Shown here: positions 38,967-45,393 of the stretch, piece by piece
Layout of the letters: every line of letters begins with the position of its first letter
How positions within the stretch are numbered: position 1 is the stretch's first letter
Source of the DNA: an uncultured Rhizobiaceae bacterium
GTDB lineage: Bacteria; Pseudomonadota; Alphaproteobacteria; Rickettsiales; UBA1997
NCBI GenBank assembly: GCA_964484785.1
Contig: CAZAFD010000004.1
Coordinates: 1-45,393 of the forward strand
Length of the DNA: 45,393 bases
Reading direction: 5' to 3'
Notes under the pieces: generated by a model
What the model saw: the letters and a program-made list of their open reading frames with translations, nothing else
Databases searched by the model: none
What the model was told of the DNA's origin: nothing
Translations under genes and position numbers: made by a program

Positions 38967-39438
38967 AAAAAGATCTATAGGCGCTGCAGCAAAGGAGCTA
39001 GGATTACCAGAACACGTTATCAGATTTTGGGAAACACAATTCCCAGACCATATTAAACCAACACTTGGTGCGGGCGGCAGAAGGTATTATTACAATAAAG
39101 ATATTGAGATAATTCAAAAAATTAAAAGCTATCTATATGATAGTGGTTATACAATCAAGGGATTACAAAACCTATTGAAGAATAGATCTGCACTAAATGA
39201 TAATCTAAATATTCATGTTAATAACATAGTTCCAAATAACACTATTCAAGAGTACCAACAACATATAAACTATAATGCAAGGTTACCAGAGGAGGAAGTT
39301 AAGTTCTTAAAGCCTCAAACAAAGATTGTAAAGGAATATGTATACCTTGACAAGGGTCTTAATGAAACAGTTAAAAAACGGCTCACAAACTTTAAAAAGA
39401 GATTATTAGATTTTATTATAAAACTGGAAAATATATAA
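38953..39438 (+). CDS. MerR-family transcriptional regulator
   Basis: SIG.AA.EL.LP.HVIRFWETQF..IKP....GGRRYY, LY..GYTIKG. Confidence 0.9.
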   Translation: MLMDKKRSIGAAAKELGLPEHVIRFWETQFPDHIKPTLGAGGRRYYYNKDIEIIQKIKSYLYDSGYTIKGLQNLLKNRSALNDNLNIHVNNIVPNNTIQEYQQHINYNARLPEEEVKFLKPQTKIVKEYVYLDKGLNETVKKRLTNFKKRLLDFIIKLENI

Positions 39439-40178
39439 TGTCTAACAAAATCGAAATAAGAAATCTCGTTAAGTCTTTTGGAGATAAGATTATACTGAAT
39501 AATCTAGATCTAAATATAGAAAATAAAAAATCTACTATAATTTTAGGAAAATCTGGCTGTGGAAAATCAGTGCTCATCAAAAATATAAGTGGTTTACTAT
39601 CTCCAGATAGTGGCAGTATTAAAATTGACGGAGAGGAGGTTACAAATATCAAAGAAGAGCAGAGAAATAAATTAATGGCTAAGTTCGGTTTTTTATTTCA
39701 AAATGGAGCCTTATTTGATTCATTAACTATTTGGGAAAATGTAGCCTTTAGGTTATTAAATAATCTAAAATTTAGAAAGAAAGAAGCTAAAGATATTGCG
39801 ATAGAAAAATTAGAAGTTGTTGGGTTGGATGCAAGTGTAGCGAATTTGTTCCCTTGCGAATTATCTGGCGGTATGCAAAAAAGAGCAGCTTTAGCCAGAG
39901 CCATAGCCACAAATCCAGAAATCATATTCTTTGATGAACCAACTACAGGATTGGACCCAATTATGTCAGAAGTTATCAACGATTTAATAGTTAAAACTAC
40001 TAAAATAACTGGCGCTACCTCCATAACGATTACACACGATATAAATTCAGCAAAAAAAATAGCTGACCACATAGTGATGTTAAATAACGGAAGCATAGCA
40101 TGGAAAGGAACCGCCAAGGATCTAGATACCACGGAAAATGAACTTATTTTAAAATTTTTAAATAAACACAAGGCCTAA
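39438..40178 (+). CDS. mlaF: ABC transporter ATP-binding protein, MlaF/Mkl family
   Basis: GKSGCGKS, LFQ.GALFDSL, LSGGMQKR.ALARAI, DEPTTGLDPI, ITHD. Confidence 0.88.
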   Translation: MSNKIEIRNLVKSFGDKIILNNLDLNIENKKSTIILGKSGCGKSVLIKNISGLLSPDSGSIKIDGEEVTNIKEEQRNKLMAKFGFLFQNGALFDSLTIWENVAFRLLNNLKFRKKEAKDIAIEKLEVVGLDASVANLFPCELSGGMQKRAALARAIATNPEIIFFDEPTTGLDPIMSEVINDLIVKTTKITGATSITITHDINSAKKIADHIVMLNNGSIAWKGTAKDLDTTENELILKFLNKHKA

Positions 40179-40263
40179 CACAGTTTCTACTGAATATTTT
40201 AACTTGATGTTTACAAAAAAGTCTTATATCTATAGTTAATATTATAGCTATGGGTAATAAATA

Positions 40264-42045
40264 ATGCTTTTTAAAGATAAGCAATCTATTAACGGATATC
40301 AATGGGAGGTTAAAGATTTTGATGAAAATTTAGCCCTTGCGATATATCAAAAAAATAATGTTCCAGAATTAATAGCCAGACTCTTAGCGCTTAAAAATAT
40401 TCCATGTAATGAAGTAAAACAATTTTTGGACCCAAAAATACGAGACACTTTAAAAGATCCATACCACTTCCTAGATATGCAAAAGGGAGTGGAAACTATT
40501 TATAAAGCTATAGTAGAAAAAGAAAATATTTGTATATATGGGGACTACGACGTAGATGGCACTACTGCAACCTCTCTAATGGTTTTATTCTTTAAAGCAA
40601 TAGGTATTAATGTTTCAAAATATATTCCAGATAGAATTGATGACGGTTATGGATTAAATAAACATTCTATTGATATATTAAAAGAAAATAATGTTAATCT
40701 AATAATTACAGTAGATTGCGGAATAACTTCAAACGATTGTATAGCTTATGCTCTAGAAAAAAATATTAAAACCGTAGTAACCGATCATCATATAGGCCAC
40801 AGTGTACTGCCACCGGCAGAAGCAGTTATTAATCCTAATAGACTGGATGAAACATCTGAATATAAATATTTAGCCGGAGTTGGTGTGGCCTTTATGGTTA
40901 TTATAGCCTTAAATACCTTTTTAAGAAAAAATAATTATTACAAAAAAAACAATATTTAAGAACCTAATTTGTTGTCTTTCCTAGATTTAGTAGCTCTTGG
41001 TACAGTGTGTGACGTGATGCCAATTATAGGATTAAACAGAGTAATGGTTAGATCTGGCTTGATGTACTTGAAACAACGTAAAAACGTAGGTTTAGCAGCG
41101 CTTTGTGATATAATAGGTTTAGATAAAATTGACGACACGTATCATCTAGGTTTTATAATAGGACCACGTATAAATGCATGCGGACGGGTTGGCGATGTAA
41201 ATATTGGTAACCAGTTATTATGTTGCGAGGACCCAATAGAGGCTAGAATTTTAGCCGAAAAATTGAATAATTTTAATTTAGAAAGACAAGTTATTGAGAA
41301 TCAATTATATACACAAGCTTTAGAAAAAATTTCTAAAAATGAAAACAATAGTTTTATTTTTGTAGTCGGAAAAAATTGGCATGAAGGAATAGTAGGCATA
41401 ATAGCTTCTAGGTTAAAGGAAAAATATAATCTTCCAACTTTCATTGGCTCTATACATAATAACGAAATTAAGGTATCATGTCGTTCAATTTCACCAGAGA
41501 TAGATCTTGGATCAGCAATCATTGAGGCTAAGCAACTTGGACTATTAATCTCTGGCGGAGGACACGCCATGGCCGGTGGATTTACCCTTAATATAGACAG
41601 GTTGAATGACCTAAAGAAATTTTTAGAAAACAAATTAACTAATAAAATACAAACATATTTAAAAAATAATAAAACCTTAAGCGCTGATCTAGTTCTAGAA
41701 TGTGATGACATTAGTTTAGAACTAGTTAAAAATATAGAAGCAATAGGACCATATGGTGTTGATAACCCAAAGCCAAAAATAATTTTAAAAAATACTATAA
41801 TCGTCAATACAAAACCTTTTGGTAAAAATAGTGAGCATCTAAGATCTGTGGCCATATCGGCACATAATAATAAATATCAAAATAACACTGTAACACTTGT
41901 TACTTTTAATGCCAACAGAAATGAAGCCCTATATAAATTTTTAACCCAACAAAAGAAACCTTGTGATCTACTAGGTACAGTATCTTTAAACAAATGGATG
42001 GCATTGGAAACTATACAATTTATCTTGGAGGATATCTTAATATAA
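40264..42045 (+). pseudogene. recJ: ssDNA exonuclease RecJ interrupted by one in-frame TAA (40957-40959)
   Basis: ORFs 40264..40959 (GDYDVDG, VDCG, TDHH) and 40969..42045 (ALGTVCD, GPRINA.GR, GGH.MAGG) are in the same frame: ...KKNNI*EPNLLSFLDLVALGT. Confidence 0.85.
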
Positions 42046-42051
42046 ATAAAC

Positions 42052-43128
42052 ATGAAAAATATACTAAACCTTACACTAGAGCAACTACAAGAAGATTTAT
42101 TAATACAAGGTCTTAAGACTTTTGTAGCTAAACAAATATGGACATGGCTTTACCGCAAAGGAGCAAGAGACTTTAATAGCATGACAGACATATCTAAAAA
42201 GACTATTGTCTGGTTAAAAGAAAACTATATAATTTATCGTCCAAAGGTAATTACTCACTTAGTATCTGCAGATAAAACAGTTAAATGGTTATTAGAACTA
42301 GAAGATTCCAATAAAATAGAATTAGTATATATACCAGAAGAAGATAGGGGTACATTGTGTATATCGTCACAGGTTGGTTGTCCAATGGGTTGTAAATTCT
42401 GTAATACAGCAACCCAAGGTCTAATCAGAAATCTAGAAACTTTTGAAATAGTAAGTCAGTTCATGTTAGCTCGAGATTATCTAGGTGAATGGAATAATTT
42501 AGACAAGGCCATAGGATATGGTAGAAAAATAACAAATATAGTAATGATGGGTATGGGAGAGCCCTTATTAAACTATGATAATATAGTAAAAACTATACAA
42601 ATCTTGAATGAAAAAAGTGGTATAGCCTTTTCTAACCGAAGAATTACTCTATCAACCTGCGGCATTGTCGATAAGATATATGACTTAGCTAAAGACATCA
42701 AAATTAATCTAGCAATATCCCTACATGCACCGATAGACTCTTTAAGACAAGAAATTATGCCCGTGGCAAAAAAATATTCGATAAAAGATTTAATGCTGGC
42801 CTGTCAGTTTTACGCCAAGCAAACAAATTATCGCAGAATAACCTTTGAATATATAATGTTGGACGATATCAACGATAAAAAAGAGCATGCTGCTACCTTG
42901 GTGAATTTAGTAAAAACATATAAACTACCAGCAAAGTTTAATTTAATACCATTTAATCCTTGGAAGGGATGTATCTTTACCAAGGCCTCCAGCATAAAGA
43001 AAATTAATGACTTTGCTAAAATCATAAATAATGCTGGATATCCATGTCCAGTCAGACTTTCAAGAGGCCAAGATATTATGGCTGCTTGTGGCCAATTAAA
43101 AAGCTCCCATGAAGATCGAGAAAATTAA
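42052..43128 (+). CDS. rlmN: 23S rRNA/tRNA m2A methyltransferase RlmN
   Basis: CISSQVGC.MGC.FC, MGMGEP, SLHAP, FEYIML, NLIPFNP, AACGQL. Confidence 0.97.
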   Translation: MKNILNLTLEQLQEDLLIQGLKTFVAKQIWTWLYRKGARDFNSMTDISKKTIVWLKENYIIYRPKVITHLVSADKTVKWLLELEDSNKIELVYIPEEDRGTLCISSQVGCPMGCKFCNTATQGLIRNLETFEIVSQFMLARDYLGEWNNLDKAIGYGRKITNIVMMGMGEPLLNYDNIVKTIQILNEKSGIAFSNRRITLSTCGIVDKIYDLAKDIKINLAISLHAPIDSLRQEIMPVAKKYSIKDLMLACQFYAKQTNYRRITFEYIMLDDINDKKEHAATLVNLVKTYKLPAKFNLIPFNPWKGCIFTKASSIKKINDFAKIINNAGYPCPVRLSRGQDIMAACGQLKSSHEDREN

Positions 43129-43199
43129 ATTGTATTGAATTTAAATAACAAAAAATTACCATTAATATCATTATAGCTAATCATTAGTCACGTCATATA

Positions 43200-44162
43200 A
43201 TGAAAAAACACAGCATAATTGCAGTTTTATTACTAATTGTTATCACATCTTGTACATTTAATTTTAAAAACAAAGACAAGTATAATGATAATGATATTTT
43301 TGAGTATAATGATTTTAAATCAGAATTAGTATTAAAATACAGACAATATGCTACTCTTGTAAAAGAGAGAGGACAAAAAAATAGTTATAATTATTTTACT
43401 AAACAAAGTCAGTTGGTTTATAGCAATGCTGCCGACGAAGTATTATTAAATACCAATAGTAGCAATAATCTTATATTTACAGAAGATTTACGATTTAAAT
43501 TATTAGACTATAGAAATAGACTCCTAAATCTAGCAAAGCAGCACAACCTTAAAAAGGTATACCCTATAAAAACAGCTAATTTATTTTTCTTCTTAGACTG
43601 TTGGGGATATTATTCTTTAAAGGAAAACGAAATTAATCAAGCAAATTACTGTCAAAGAAACTTCATGAATCTTTTTATAACTCTGGAAAGAAGTTTAACA
43701 CAGGAGGAATATATATCATATGAAGCCCAAGACAAGAAAACAAATCTTACAAATGAAGAAAAAGAAAAATTTAGTAGATTTGATAACGATAATTTAATAA
43801 ATATATACTTTGATCTAAATAGTTACAAGCTAAATGCTACCGCAACACAAGATATTAAAACTTTTTTGAAATACCTATCAAATGTCATGGATGATTACAA
43901 AATTACACTTATTGGTCATGCAGATAGAACGGGAAAAGTTTTATATAATAATGAATTATCAAGAAAAAGAGCCAGAACTGTATACAACATTTTAGTAAAA
44001 AATGGTGTACCCCCAAGTCTTATTTCTATAGAAAATAGTGGCTCTAAAAAACCAGGAGTAATAACCAATGCACAAACCATAAATAAATTAAATAGAAGAG
44101 TGGAAATAAAATTAGAGAAAAATACCGATCTAGAACAGGATTATCTTCCACAACCACTTTAG
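43200..44162 (+). CDS. OmpA-family lipoprotein
   Basis: Lipobox ITS-C; C-terminal IYFD, GHAD..G...YN..LS..RA, NRRVEI. Confidence 0.88.
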   Translation: MKKHSIIAVLLLIVITSCTFNFKNKDKYNDNDIFEYNDFKSELVLKYRQYATLVKERGQKNSYNYFTKQSQLVYSNAADEVLLNTNSSNNLIFTEDLRFKLLDYRNRLLNLAKQHNLKKVYPIKTANLFFFLDCWGYYSLKENEINQANYCQRNFMNLFITLERSLTQEEYISYEAQDKKTNLTNEEKEKFSRFDNDNLINIYFDLNSYKLNATATQDIKTFLKYLSNVMDDYKITLIGHADRTGKVLYNNELSRKRARTVYNILVKNGVPPSLISIENSGSKKPGVITNAQTINKLNRRVEIKLEKNTDLEQDYLPQPL

Positions 44163-44202
44163 TAAAGCCCGATAAATTTATTTAAAATGGTGTAACCTAG
44201 TT

Positions 44203-44907
44203 ATGCTTCCCATAATTGATATAACAAATTTTACTTTACAGGATTATCCAGAGCATACAGCGTGTATTATCTGGTTTGGTGGTTGTAATTTAAGATGTCG
44301 CTATTGCCAAAATCCAGATCTTGTATTAAGCACACAAAGCTTTATTCCAGAAACCAAGATACTTAACTTCTTAAAAAAGAGAACAAACCTCATAGAAGGC
44401 GTTGTATTATCAGGAGGAGAATGCACCTTAAATAGGGATTTAATTTCTTTTGTGGAAGAAATAAAAAAAATTAATTTTAAAATTAAAATAGATACAAACG
44501 GCCTGAATTTTAATATAATTCATGAACTTGTGGAGAATAATTTGATAGACTTTGTGGCTCTAGATTTCAAGGCACCAAGAGATAAATTTAAACTTGTCAC
44601 ACAATATGATAGATATAATGATTTTGAAAAAACATTAGTATACCTAGCACAAGAAAATAATAAGAAAAATATTGATTTAGAGGTCAGAACAACAGTCCAC
44701 ACAGACTTACTTCAGGAAACCGATATAAATGCTATTATCTTAGAACTAAAAAACCTAAATTTTAGAGGTAATTTTTGTATACAAAATTTCAGAAATGACA
44801 ACAACAAAATTCTAACACCTATGCAACCTCAGGTTGGGGTTTTGGAAAAAAATTTAATACAAAAACCCATCGGATTTAATATAATATATAGAAACTTTTT
44901 TGATTAA
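44203..44907 (+). CDS. nrdG: Anaerobic ribonucleoside-triphosphate reductase activating protein (radical SAM)
   Basis: T..DYP, GCNLRC.YCQN, GVVLSGGE, K.DTNG, D.KAP, EVRTT. Confidence 0.85.
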   Translation: MLPIIDITNFTLQDYPEHTACIIWFGGCNLRCRYCQNPDLVLSTQSFIPETKILNFLKKRTNLIEGVVLSGGECTLNRDLISFVEEIKKINFKIKIDTNGLNFNIIHELVENNLIDFVALDFKAPRDKFKLVTQYDRYNDFEKTLVYLAQENNKKNIDLEVRTTVHTDLLQETDINAIILELKNLNFRGNFCIQNFRNDNNKILTPMQPQVGVLEKNLIQKPIGFNIIYRNFFD

Positions 44908-44922
44908 AAACAAAAGAAACCA

Positions 44923-44955
44923 AGTGAAGTATACCTATAAAACGTATACTCCACT
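44923..44955 (-). terminator. Hairpin after nrdG, better formed on the minus strand
   Basis: Minus strand AGTGGAGTATAC-9 nt-GTATACTTCACT (12 bp, one G-U), followed by TGGTTTCTTTTGTTTTT. Confidence 0.55.
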
Positions 44956-45180
44956 CTTTTAAGGAGGCACCTCGAGTATAAATATTTAATATTAAAAAAC
45001 AACCCCTCGTAATACAAAATTACATTTATATATTACAACCTCTTTTATATCTGTTGTGCAATCATAAACACCTATTTTACATTTTATTTTCTGAGTCAAG
45101 AGCAATAAATTATTGCTTTAAAATTATCTTAATATATACAAATTTGTATCGAATTATATAAAAAATATCAGATTCATCTT

Positions 45181-45393
45181 ATGCTTGATATGTTGAATAG
45201 TTTGCCACCCGAGGTTGTAGAATTACTAAAAAAATATGTATCGATATTATTAGAATGGAATAAAAGAATAAATTTAATAGGAAGTACAACTATATCTAAT
45301 ATTTATGAACGACATATATTAGATTCAGTACAGTTATTAAATCAACTAACCCCCCATGAAATTGAACATAGCACCTTTGCAGATTTTGGAACA
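45181..45393 (+). CDS. rsmG: 16S rRNA m7G527 methyltransferase RsmG (3'-truncated)
   Basis: Manual translation: ...KKYVSILLEWNKRINLIG...YERHILDS.QL...ADFGT, running off the window. Confidence 0.9.
   Translation, partial: MLDMLNSLPPEVVELLKKYVSILLEWNKRINLIGSTTISNIYERHILDSVQLLNQLTPHEIEHSTFADFGT

Noticed and set aside
40957-40959. Alternative genetic code (TAA reassigned)
   Set aside because: TAA terminates many intact genes at their expected ends; only one internal case was seen.
943-44702. Many short antisense or overlapping ORFs in the track (e.g. 1661..2038, 5535..5984, 39698..40171, 41301..41855)
   Set aside because: They are shadows of well-supported genes on the opposite strand and have no recognisable motifs.
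1-45393. CRISPR arrays, IS elements, prophage, rRNA
   Set aside because: No regularly spaced repeats, transposase or phage genes, or rRNA-like sequence were recognised.

Overview
This is an AT-rich, gene-dense chromosomal segment of an alphaproteobacterium. It is most likely Rickettsiales-related: it carries TrcR/DUF1013, a FolK-FolP fusion and rvh-type VirB7/VirB8/VirB9. Rubrerythrin and an anaerobic RNR activase point to an anaerobic lifestyle. It is mostly housekeeping genes in scrambled order (lipid, folate, peptidoglycan, translation, DNA repair), with one tRNA-Arg(CCT), a type IV-pilus-like secretin and a prepilin. No transposases, prophage or CRISPR were seen. The main unusual signals are: (1) an in-frame fusion of ribosome silencing factor RsfS to MurC; (2) MurD with MurD2-like (L-Glu ligase) motifs and MurF with rewritten C-terminal motifs, together hinting at a non-canonical peptidoglycan stem pathway; (3) an unannotated 54-aa VirB7-like lipoprotein and a dispersed T4SS interleaved with two proteases; (4) recJ broken by a single in-frame TAA; (5) several degenerate or orphan enzymes and regulators (SuhB without metal ligands, ArgR with an altered Arg site, a lone IlvH); (6) a basic orphan protein with a near-consensus promoter and its own terminator; (7) a candidate antisense sRNA near the right end. 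All calls are from motif recognition by eye; no searches were run.
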